NCBI GenBank assembly: GCA_040954595.2
Contig: CM082589.2
Coordinates: 3,858,213-3,922,212 of the forward strand
Source of the DNA: Balanoglossus misakiensis
Lineage: Eukaryota; Animalia; Hemichordata
Length of the DNA: 64,000 bases
Reading direction: 5' to 3'
The notes beneath the pieces were generated by a model. That model had not been told where the DNA came from. It saw only the letters and a list, made by a program, of their open reading frames with translations, and ran no database searches. Positions 37,101 to 47,614 of the stretch are shown here, piece after piece; the stretch's first letter is position 1, and each line of letters begins with the position of its first letter. The position numbers and the translations under genes were made by a program.

Positions 37101-40100
37101 TCTTCGAGCTATAATAGTTTTGCCGTGGTGAAAATATCTGATCGGTTCTATCACAATGTCAAGCACGGTGATAGTGTTTTCTTTATATAATTCAATAAAG
37201 CTCCTCTTTTGCCACCTATTGTGAAAACATGTAAGTGATAATATTGCAAACGCGTTTTCTCAAAACTTCTACATACATGTGTATGGCCAGCCTAATGGAC
37301 TATGATAACCATACACTGCATATGCGCAGTATCCTACCCGTTTCCGCAAACTAGATCTGATGGTGTATGGCTTAAAGACAAGACAACATTTACATAGATT
37401 CACATATATGAATCATGAATAATTGAAATCGCGCGCGTAGAGCAGGTGTTTTACCTTAGCAACTCATTAGACCCTCCACTTAGACCTACCCGTTTCCGGT
37501 TCGAATGAAGTGATTGATATGGGCAAATATCATTAACAATTAATGTAAAACAATATACGATAACCTCAATGGAGATACAGTGTTTCATAATGGATTAACT
37601 TGAGTTATACATGTGTGGCCATTATATTGTAACCGACGCCAAGAAACCCCAAGCAGAGAATTCCTTTGTAAATGTTAATATGTAAATCCTTGGCGTTGGA
37701 TTGGGTCGATCACGTGACTTTGAAATGTGCCGGTACTATGAAACACAGATCAAATTGCAAAGACAACAGAGGGTACAGTGGGTTTACACAAAGTAGATTG
37801 TGTTAGTTGTCTCTCACAAAGGTTCCCGGCACGACATTAACAATTATACCTTAATTATCGACGCAGTTCGTACTTGCTAAAACAGATCACTAGAAGACAA
37901 TATTTCATCACTACCCTATTTTTAACATGTCACGCCCCACCTATCTCACACACTATAGACCTGGCCTGTTGTATCACACACCAAACTCATCATTGCTAAT
38001 TTGCAAATGGAAATTGTATGTATGTGCAGTTTACATATATACCTTTGAGAGGTTGGCGAGTGCCCTAAAAGTAGGTCATTTTTTATTTAATCATGCGTCT
38101 TAAACTTAGTATTTTACTTACTATCCCTCAAAATTTAAAATAAAAATTTTGGGGCTCGTCACCGAACACAGTTTTGAATGACGGGCAATTTTTCAAATTT
38201 GAAAATGGCAGTCAATCTCTGTGTTAACTCTATGGCATGGCCAGAATAGATTTCAACCCACACATTATTAAATCTGACTTCCACTACCGGTTTCCTTCCA
38301 GATGTTATGAAAATCTTACTTGAATGGAAAATCGATCTTGGCGATGCACTGTTAAAAGCAGTCGACGTACAGATACTGGCGGCGGTAACAATCCTTCTGG
38401 AGTACATACAGGAAAATTCTCTAATGGTAGGTATTCACTTCAGTAAAATGATTTTTGTTTTATTCTACTACCAACACGCTTGATTGGCCGGGTGGCTATA
38501 CATGAACACGTTTTACATGTAAGTCTAGTTTGGACTTATACTTATCTATATGGCAATATCATTTTATTACTTTCGATCTGAAATACTTCTTATTCTCCCC
38601 TGTTTACACGCCAGGAGGCTTTGAATTGTCATTCACTGAATGGAGACCTCCACCCCGACATCACGCCCGTCATTCTCGCGGCGCATCACAACAACTACGA
38701 GATCATCAAGCTGCTGCTCGACCACGGCGCTAGGGTGGTGGACCCCGAGTTCCACGTCTTCCAAACCGAGAAGTTCTCTCTGCAGCACTCGCTGGGACTG
38801 ATCAACGTGTACCGGGCTCTGGCCAGCCAGGCCTACATCGCCCTCACCTCCAAGGACCCGCTGACGTCCGCCTTCGAGCTGAGCGTCAAGCTGCGGCAGC
38901 TGAGCGAGCGCGACTACGAGTTCAGGTACCAGTACGAGGAGCTGGCCGAGCAGTGCGAGCAGTTCGCCGCCGATCTGCTCGGGAAGGTGCGTGACTCGGA
39001 AGAACTGGCCATTGTCCTCAACCATGACCTCGAAGAGCTGGAGAGGAACGGGTACTCCGATGGCGATGAACCTTACAAGGTTAAGCGAGCCATAAAATGC
39101 CACCAGAAAAGGGTAAGCTTATTAACAAGACACCGGGGAAAAACATTTTCTGAAATCCAAAAGTTCGCCTGCGAGATCTCGCACGGCCAGGCAGGCCAAT
39201 TATGTGGGAGGAAATTCTTATGTAACACAGGCCCAACGCACATGTGACAAACATTTCATTTTCACCTCAGTTGTATACAAAACTAACTAGTTTACTGGCG
39301 ACAAGTTTCACGCCATGCGTATGGCTGAAGTGCGTATTTTTCTACAGATTTGGATTTGGCTGTGAAAAGGCTGTATAAGTAAGTGGTTTCTGTCTTTGTT
39401 TCAGTTTGTGGCCCATCCCCACTGTCAACAACGGCTCATACAAGGCTGGTACCGAGGCCTCCCGGAATGGCGCGAACAGACCCGAGTGAAGAGCGTCCTC
39501 TACATGCTCCTCACCGGCCTCTTCTACCCCCTCCTCTGCGTCATCTACATCGTGGCGCCGTTCGAGGGAATCGCCCGCTTCCTGAAGATCCCCTTCATCC
39601 GATTCATCTGCGACACCGCCTCGTCCATCTGGTTTCTGGTGCTACTCGGCCTGCAGGCCGTCGACTGGGGCTCTTACGACAACCAGACCGGGGCAGAGGC
39701 CAAGTGGACCTACCTGTTGGAGCAGCAGAGGCGAGTGCAAAAGCCGTCGTTCACCGAGGTGTTGATCGCCACCTGGACTATAGGTAGGATTTTTGAGTTT
39801 AAATGTTTACAACTCTTGTATCACTCGCCAGACCCTGCATTGACCGACAGTTGGTCGTAAGACTGGTATACAACCTACGGTTTATTCCTATCACAAGTTT
39901 GTAGTGGCGCTGCATGCGAAAGTACAACAGTCACCTCTGAGTGGAAAATGTGCGCATGCTCATCCCCGGAAAATATTCACGCTTCGCTCATATCTTGTGA
40001 ACGATTAATGTCTATAAAACTCGTGTTTGCTTAACAAAAAAAAGGCGTGATTCGGAATAAGACTGGGTAGTTTGTTTATTGAAATCCGTGCAAAAAATTA

Positions 40101-43100
40101 TTTACAAACAGAGGTGTATTTGTAACTGGTCGCCTGGTGTTGCAAGGTGCTGCACTGTAGTGTCACGGTAATGACCAAACGGATTTAAATATTGATACGG
40201 AACTAGATGTTGCCACGAGGGCAAACAACAAACAGGATCCTGAACTGTAACTGGCTGGCCGTTCCCGTCTGTGATCTTAGTGACAATTATTAACGAAACA
40301 TAAGGTATGACGAGAATGCGCGAGTTCGTAAAATTCCCGTTGTTTTAATTTTTATGCAAGAGAAAGGAATGCCAGTTACAAGTATTGAAAAACTTCAGGA
40401 TTGTAAAATATACGTTAAAGCACGATCAAAGTTTTGTTTTCTTCGACACGAGCGTTTACAGTTCCCGGTTTTCTAAGTTCTTCGATCTCCACCATGATGG
40501 CTCTCTTCCAGCGGCTGTGTAATGAAGGTGGTCGTTGTGCATTCAGAGCGTTGCTAGGTGTCCCCTCAGTGTTTGTCTATATATGAGCAGTAATTGAATT
40601 ATCTTCTACGGTGCAGTCAGCGAAAGAATGTATAATACTTGTCAGTGTCCTGTTCAGACAGAGAGTTCCTTGTCGTTTCTTGTCTTGTCATTTCCCTCGC
40701 TGCCCAGTGAAATGGCTTACCGGTGAATACACGCACTGGCGTCTAAGGTGCTTTATGATAAAAGTTCAGTCACAGCAAAATCTTCTATAGGAAAGACCAA
40801 TAGTTCGTTTCCAGTCTTGAAAAATTGATGAGTGTGTTTCGGGGGGCGGGTGAATTACTCACTACTGCCTGGCCATCGCCGCTCCGCCCGGTGTCTTCAG
40901 TTCGCGGGCCTCCTGCGCCAGGGCGCAGAGCGGGCAGAATATGTGGGAGACGCAGTCACCGCCCTTGCCGCCGATGATGCCGCGCTCCTCGCGGATCAGC
41001 TGGCGCACGTTGGTGGCGCAGATACAGTAGAGGATGGGCACGAAGACGGAGAGGCCGTGCAGCACGCAGCTCTTGTCGACGGCGCGGGCGTTGCGGCCCG
41101 CCGTCACGCAGGGCAGCAGGTACGTGATGATGCAGACTCCGCAGTCGCTGAAGCACCCAAAGAGCCCGCTTGACCAGTAACGACCCATGACGATAATATA
41201 AGCTGCTGATCTCCTGTCTTCACTGTGTTAATTGTTAGCTGACCACGTTGCCGGTCAAAATCACATGCATCTAATGACATCAGTTGCCAAAGCGCTCTGG
41301 TCAAAATATCAGCTCATTTAGAATGTCAATATTGACCAAACATATTGTATTTTCAGCCGTGTCCATTATGACCAATACAGAAAGATGTAAGCGGATAAAT
41401 TAAAATTCTAAATCTGTGACTTTTCAATGGAACTTGAACATCTGTTCGTTGCGAATGCAATCGGCAATACGATACACAGTGTTTGTAAGTTTTTTGAAAA
41501 CTAGACTCTTTCCGAAATGATCATCAATTTCTGTCGTATGAACAACCACCCCTGTACTCACAAATCGTCTCGTCGCCAATTACATAATAACAAATTAAAG
41601 TGATATCCAGTCTTATACGAGGGACACACCCGAGGAAATTCATTTACTAATAATCTCAGCGTACATTACTCGTTACGTAACCACAAACGCTTTGGAAAAC
41701 ACTGCGTCTCCAAGCGACCTGAACGCGGACATGACCACACCTGTTGAAATAAGGAATTTGATAAAATGCATAAGCTTGGAAGTAAACAGGTATGCGTGTT
41801 CTCATCACAATTTCATAGAAAAGACAATTTTAATATTATATAATGTATTATGTGATGATATCTTAAAATCTCGACGGCTATTTGCCTTTTGCTTCAACGC
41901 CGCATGACACGGTTGACAACTGCTCCGGACACGGCATCTGCGTGGTCTGTCATGTGCGTTGGCCAATTTTCATTCCTTTCCCCGCGTCTCTGTCTTTGTG
42001 GGCCCCAATCAAGGTTAAATAATCAGTCCACTGGCTTATCTTTCTCTGATCCTTGAAACTTTGCAAGTTTAAGAAAACATGTATTCCCGAAACGCATGAT
42101 ACGAAACCAAGATCAAGGCCTCGTGGTGGCGCTTCTATACGTTCACCACTTATCACTTGCACGACTCGACAATTAGAACAACATGGCGTTGTGACATGAC
42201 AATGACTCCAGGGTGGGTCTACTAATTAACACCTATCAATAATTTGATATTTACATACGAGCCGGCGCCTGATTGGTCGCCCTGGCACGGAAGAGTTGAT
42301 TACGCAGGCGAGGACGCATCCAGAGCGGGTTTACTGTGCATTGCATCTTGTCGGAGACAATAATGACAGCGCCCCACACGTTATCCAAGTGGCCAATCAG
42401 GTGGTACTGGTGTTAAATAAACACCGCCGTAATCTTACAGCTATGAAATGGCCCGCAAATGAAATCTGTTGACTTGGGAGGGGAATTTAATAACCGATAA
42501 ACAGGGCGGGAAACTCATGTTATGCATCGCTTGTTTTACAGCTCTCACGTGGCAAGAGTGTCAGGCAATATGGAAGAGAGGTTACAAAACATTTTTGGAC
42601 AATTTCCAATGGAAGATGTATGACTTCTTCACACTGACGTTATACTGGGCGTGGATGGCAGTTCGCGTGGCAGTGGCACTAAAAGTGAGTTTTTTTTCTG
42701 CGTCTTATTTTTTTAATATACATGGTTATAAACGACATGTTGAAAAAGGGCAGGTATACCACGAGATATAGCGTAATTCAAGATATATATGCACCAACTG
42801 TTTTATTTTATAGGCAATGGGAAGGGACTCTGACGGCCAAGTAAATACGGCCAATACCTTCCTCACTGATTTTTATGCGAACAACTGGAATTTCTCCTTC
42901 TTTGGCGACTATAGCACCGGCTATTTCGATGTCCCTAGTGATTATGACATGCCGGACGATTCGGGACATCGCGAAGAGGAATCGTTTCCTTTGTCGTTCA
43001 ATGAGACGTTCGAGGACATGGAAGATCTCTACGAGGGCAGCGCCCTCAGCGACATGGAAGACGTGCGCCACGACGTGGACATGGTCAGTCGGAAAATCGA

Positions 43101-45221
43101 CTCCTTGATCCAGTCGCAGAAGAAGCTGGAGAAGAACCTGACCGACGTCCTCTCGCACGTGATGGGGCGCCTGGAGAACGCACACGCGCTGCTCGAGCGC
43201 ATGAACAACAAGGCGGGCAACTCCCCGTACTCCCAAGCGACGTCGAGATCGCGCGGCAATTCGGGAGCGGCGGGCGACAACCACCAGCTCGACGAGCACT
43301 TGACGAAGTCGGCGAGGAAACAGTGGAACGCCTTCGACCCGGTTCTCATATCGGAGGGCCTGTTCGCGCTCGCCAAGGTGCTCAGTTTCCTGCGAGTGAT
43401 TCGCATCACCGTCGTCAGCATGCACGTCGGACCCATGCAAATTTCCCTCGGAAGAATGAGTAAAGATATCGTCAAGTTTCTGATGATTTTCTCCCTCGTC
43501 TGGTTCGCCTTCTCTGTCGGCCTCAATCAACTCTATTGGTATTATTCTTTTGAGTCCAAACTCGACTGTAGGATTCACAATCAAACGATTTGCCATCAGC
43601 CATTTGGCACGTAAGTATTTATATGTTATATCTGATATGTACCCACTAGTATACATGTATATAGTACCTACCCGTACCAACAATCACCTCTGATTTACAT
43701 ATGCCCGTGTGAAATTACAGTGAATTGTTCAAGTCTTCCACTTTTTCAAACATACATCAGCATCAAAGGCACAAAGTCGTCTGATTTTAAATATGTTTGA
43801 TTTCCCATCACCTAGAATACCAGAAGCTTTACTCACACTATTTTGGGCGTTGTTTGGTGTCACGGAATTGGTCAGTTTGGACATAGTTGGCGCTGATCAT
43901 TGGTTCACTGAGAACGTGGGGAAAACCCTGTATGGCGCCTATCACGTGATCGCCATAGTCGTCCTACTGAACGTGCTCATAGCTATGATGAGCAACACTT
44001 ATACGAGGGTCGAGGTAAGTCTAGAAGAACGTTTTTTTTACAAAATCATGTAAGCCTATTGTCTAAAACAGTTACCAGTACCAGTTTTTACGGGGATCAT
44101 TCAATCAATCGTATTCCCCCCTCTCTCTCTCACTCTCTCTCTCCATCGACCCCCCTCCCTTTCCCCCTCTCTCCCTCCCTCTCTCCATCTATCCTCTCAT
44201 CCATCCACCCATCCATCTATTGCAGGAAGACGCTGACATGCAGTGGAAGTATTCCAGATCGAGTCTCTGGATGAGTTTCTTCGGAGACGGCCAAACACTG
44301 CCCCCACCGTTCAACGTAGTACCCAGTGTCAATTGCATCATGAATAGCATCAAAAAATTCCAAAAGCAGAGGCTTAGACGCAAGCATATTTTGGATGGAA
44401 AAGTGGTGAGATCATAATTAACATTTGTGTTTGTGTTTGAATTCATGTTTACAGTATTTTTTGCATGTATGTATGTATTTATGTTGCTAGGGGCAATTAT
44501 GGCCTCATAAATAATGAACTTGGTATATTTCGTTGATGCTTTTGGAAACCACTAAGTCTTCGTTATTTTTTCTATTTTAGCGGAAGCAAAGTTTTATTGA
44601 GCGAAAAAACGGAGAATATGAGGTAACTGGAATTTGAATCACCTTATCATGTTGTCTTTTGTCACTGATTATGATTATGGTCTTCGGTGGTTCCAAGTCC
44701 GGGCAGACTGTGAATTAATGTGTGTGTGTGTTTTGCTTTTTTAGCAAGTGGTGCAGCGTCTGGTCAGGCGGTACATCTTCGACAAGCGACGGGTGGGCGA
44801 CGAAGAGGAAGGCTTCGACCCGTTCCTCATGCAGATCAAGCAGGACATCACCGGCTTCAAGTACGACATGTTCGAGACGCTGAGCAACATGGACGTCAAG
44901 ATGCAGCAGATGCAGGAACGGATGGAGGAGATCGAAGCCAAGGCGCTGCTACCGGCGCCTCGCTTGCCATCTCCGCCGCCACCTCCACCACCATCACCGC
45001 CGCCGCCCCGAGAGGAAACACCCCCACCACCGCCATCACCGATACCGTCGTCTGCGTCGCCGCAGAGCGAGCCGTTCCTGTCTTCCGGTCAGGAAACTGG
45101 CAGCACCCAGGAACTGAGCCAGGATCCGCTTTTCCCTCTGCAAGGATGGGGCCACATGCGTTACATCGATGAGGGCAGTGTTCATAGCAGCAACACCTCC
45201 CTTTCACCGGAATATGTATAG
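27973..45221 (+). CDS. TRPC: TRPC-B: second TRPC-like channel gene; one of three first exons (27973-28147, 30153-30330, 30975-31152) joined to 38302-38426, 38615-39112, 39405-39783, 42542-42684, 42814-43610, 43816-44014, 44226-44405, 44581-44622, 44745-45221
   Basis: Exon-by-exon paralog of TRPC-A with identical intron phases; open frame of 1004-1005 aa with any of the three first exons; LFW, VLLNVLIAMM, QWKYSR and IKQDITGFKYD motifs. Confidence 0.94.
30153..30330 (+). CDS. TRPC: TRPC-B alternative first exon 1b
   Basis: agaATGG; MAGYSASMNPTEKLFLAAVEKGDRK...NINCVDDGGRSALAIAIQNGNT; CCG/gtgaga, phase 1. Confidence 0.85.
30975..31152 (+). CDS. TRPC: TRPC-B alternative first exon 1c
   Basis: caaATGG; MAGHTSPLRSVERLLLAAAEKGDKK...DINCVDAKGHSALIIAIQFGNT; CGG/gtgaga, phase 1. 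Confidence 0.83.
38302..38426 (+). CDS. TRPC: TRPC-B exon 2 (not in ORF track on + strand)
   Basis: tttccttccag/AT; (D)VMKILLEWKIDLGDALLKAVDVQILAAVTILLEYIQENSLM; ATG/gtaggt. Confidence 0.9.
38615..39112 (+). CDS. TRPC: TRPC-B exon 3
   Basis: gccag/GAG; EALNCHSLNGDLHPDITPVILAAHHNNYEII...AIKCHQKR; AGG/gtaagc. Confidence 0.95.
39405..39783 (+). CDS. TRPC: TRPC-B exon 4
   Basis: tttcag/TTT; FVAHPHCQQRLIQGWY...EVLIATWTI; AG/gtagga. Confidence 0.93.
40075..40080 (-). terminator. Candidate polyadenylation signal (AATAAA on minus strand) of the PLAC8-like gene
   Basis: TTTATT on + strand ~780 nt downstream of the PLAC8 stop and within TRPC-B intron 4; motif match only. Confidence 0.4.
40862..41188 (-). 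CDS. PLAC8: PLAC8/cornifelin-family Cys-rich protein (108 aa), single coding exon, nested antisense in TRPC-B intron 4
   Basis: WSSGLFGCFSDCGVC...PC...R..IR..RGI.G...DC..H.FCPLCALAQEAREL is the PLAC8 domain signature; high GC3; tandem stops TAG TGA; exact orthology within the family uncertain. Confidence 0.92.
   Translation of the reverse strand: MGRYWSSGLFGCFSDCGVCIITYLLPCVTAGRNARAVDKSCVLHGLSVFVPILYCICATNVRQLIREERGIIGGKGGDCVSHIFCPLCALAQEARELKTPGGAAMARQ
42542..42684 (+). CDS. TRPC: TRPC-B exon 5
   Basis: ttttacag/CT; LTWQECQAIWKRG...WKMYDFFTLTLYWAWMAVR; AAA/gtgagt. Confidence 0.93.
42814..43610 (+). CDS. TRPC: TRPC-B exon 6 (large S3-S4 loop, S4, S5)
   Basis: ttttatag/GCA; ...RKQWNAFDPVLISEGLFALAKVLSFLR...GPMQISLGRM...GLNQLYWYY; AC/gtaagt. 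Confidence 0.93.
43816..44014 (+). CDS. TRPC: TRPC-B exon 7 (pore, S6)
   Basis: cctag/A; TLFWALFG...HWFTENVG...VVLLNVLIAMMSNTYTRVE; GAG/gtaagt. Confidence 0.94.
44116..44218. repeat. CT-rich/(CCAT)n low-complexity tract
   Basis: Polypyrimidine repeat abutting the TRPC-B exon 8 acceptor. Confidence 0.8.
44226..44405 (+). CDS. TRPC: TRPC-B exon 8 (TRP domain)
   Basis: ttgcag/GAA; EDADMQWKYSRSSLWMSFF...LPPPFNVVPS; GTG/gtgaga (an alternative donor 3 nt upstream is possible). Confidence 0.9.
44581..44622 (+). CDS. TRPC: TRPC-B exon 9 (42 nt)
   Basis: attttag/CGG; RKQSFIERKNGEYE; GAG/gtaact. Confidence 0.88.
44745..45221 (+). CDS. TRPC: TRPC-B exon 10 (coiled coil, proline-rich tail)
   Basis: ttttttag/CAA; QVVQRLVRRYIF...IKQDITGFKYDM...poly-Pro...SPEYV TAG. 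Confidence 0.93.
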   Translation, partial: QVVQRLVRRYIFDKRRVGDEEEGFDPFLMQIKQDITGFKYDMFETLSNMDVKMQQMQERMEEIEAKALLPAPRLPSPPPPPPPSPPPPREETPPPPPSPIPSSASPQSEPFLSSGQETGSTQELSQDPLFPLQGWGHMRYIDEGSVHSSNTSLSPEYV

Positions 45222-47601
45222 ACGCATACTCTGTTGTCATTTTCAGCGGTGATCCAACCAACTAAAGCCCACCAACTACAGCAAGGTATTTATACTCGTA
45301 GGATCTGATCAGGCAGACAATTGTGAACACTTCTATACTATAGAGTTCTTCATCATACGTTATAATAGAAAACTAAGATGTATGTCATATAAAATCCCAT
45401 TTGACATCAATTCTTTTTTATTTTGCATCGAAAATAATGAAAAAAAATGAAACCAGGTCGTCTAAAATATTTAAAACATCTGCTGGTGAGAACCCTTTAT
45501 CATTAGTTTAAAATTGCATAATTTACAGATAGAATAATATTGTAGGAATTAATATGATCTTTAAGAAGATATTATTTTTTGAAACCTATTTACAAAACGT
45601 TTTATTATATGCACTCGGCTTCGCAATGTCTCACGTTCAATGTTCATATGTTTCGACAGTTGTCACGATATCACGAATTAGGATCTGCTCGGAAAAGCTT
45701 CGTACAATACATTCGGACAATCTCGGCCTTATTTATGTCTCTTTATACGTTTGTGCAATGTCCGGTTCATAGCTGTCTATATGAGATTATCTTGTAAAAT
45801 TGAGAGGAAAAATATAGAAAACAGTCGCATTATTTAAACCTCATAGAATACTTGTAAATATGTAAGATTTTAGTGTTAGTGTGCTGAATAGATTAAATGC
45901 AATTAGCAATTTCTCATTATTTTATTTCTTATTTTCATTTACATACATGTATGTAAGTGTACGACTTATTTCGATTTTAAAGACTAAAGAATCTGGTGGG
46001 TATAATTTTTTTGTACTTTTTTCACCCAAGTGAAATGACGGTGCGGCAACTAATGAGTATTTTAAACACGTTTTCGCCTTTGCAGCATTAATTCCGAATT
46101 TATAAAGAGAAATCAGGACGTTTTCCCCGTCGTTTCCATGATTTGCTCAGTTGTTTAACGCCCGTGACGTTTGATTGGGCGCTCTCAAAATGACTTCCGC
46201 CAGAGCCATGAATAAGACAAGCGCAGTATTGACTGCGCAACGCGACATCAATAGCGCGACTGGCTACAACGCCGCCGGTAGTCTTAAATAGGCACTTTAC
46301 ATAGTATATGCCTATGGGGCGGTTTATTGTAAGATAATGAAGAAATGGCCTTTAATGCAATTCAGCGGTAAAAAGAAGCTTTGTTGCCTTTGCGTCTGAG
46401 GCTAAACCACACAAGAAAAGATGCCGTTTAATGCAAATAAAACCTTTGTTTGTTCAGTTAATTTTTATAGAAATTACGCGCATGCCTATACTTGATTGTT
46501 AGAGTCCCCGCGTGCCAATTTTTGCTATTCACTATGCGTGGAACATGGAAGGTGTTTGGTTTGTCCAAAAATAATTTACTGTGACAAAACTTCGAGTCAG
46601 CCCCAGACACATGTATGCATGCACATGCTGGTTGAAGTAAATGAACTCTTTCGCTTGTGCGCGTCTAGGACGACTGGAAGATTGTTAGGTACAATTTTTG
46701 CACGTTTTAACCAGCCACCAGCATGACTTGGGTGTAATTTGCATATTTGAGTCGACACGTCGAGACGGGTAGCCACACCCCAGGAAACGATAAACCGACA
46801 GAATTAATCGAGCCCCTAGAAATTAGGCAATGTTATGAAATATACGATAAAACCTGGCGCCTTACGTCACACAAGATGAACGGCAGTTACTTTTGTCGTC
46901 TCCTAGCAACAGTTGGCAGCATCAAAGCGACAGGAAAAATGAACACCACTCTGGTAGTCATTATGATCAAAGAAAAGGAACTAAATTATAGTTATTTTCA
47001 GATATCAAACTAAAGCACGTCTAAATAGAGAGATGCTTGTCAAACAGGTCACATGTCTGTGCCTCGTGGAATGTTCGCCATCCTTGAGAATTACGTCATG
47101 CATTGTTTTATTATCAATCGTCGTCAAGGAAACGTCCATTGGACAGCTTGCATATAATACCTTTAGGGCAGGCATACATAAAATGATGGATTTTATTGCA
47201 AGACTGCTTCGGCATGCGGCCAGGTGGTTTTCCTATATAAAAGAGCGGGGAATACTAATCTAGCTTTATTTTTGTTTCGGTTTGTTTTGTTTTGATTTGC
47301 TTGGTTCTTTTATTTTTTTGCCAGTAAAATGTCAATGTTGTAAAATATTATTTGCGTGACCATTTTATGGACTTGAAATGGTTCTTGTAGCAGAAAATAC
47401 AGTGCTGTTTTGTAGTGTAGCATACTCCTTATATACATGTACATGTACACATATACACACACCTAGCCTCTTTTATATTAATAATAAAAACTTAATCAAC
47501 CACAGCTCGATTCGTGAATTTTATGACTATATTTAATGATACGTACGTGGTTCATATTCAATGTATCCGGTTTCATTTCTTAAAATTGTACCCTAGAAAC
47601 G

Positions 47602-47614
47602 GTTGCTTAGCAAC
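47602..47614. promoter_or_regulatory. RFX X-box-like palindrome GTTGCTTAGCAAC
   Basis: Near-perfect RFX consensus with an adjacent CCTAGAAAC half-site; function not shown. Confidence 0.35.

Noticed and set aside
42808-43683. 291-aa minus-strand ORF and similar antisense ORFs (18599-19108, 38633-39103, 23134-23463, 21129-21482)
   Set aside because: Shadows of GC3-rich TRPC exons; they coincide with exon limits and show no recognisable domain
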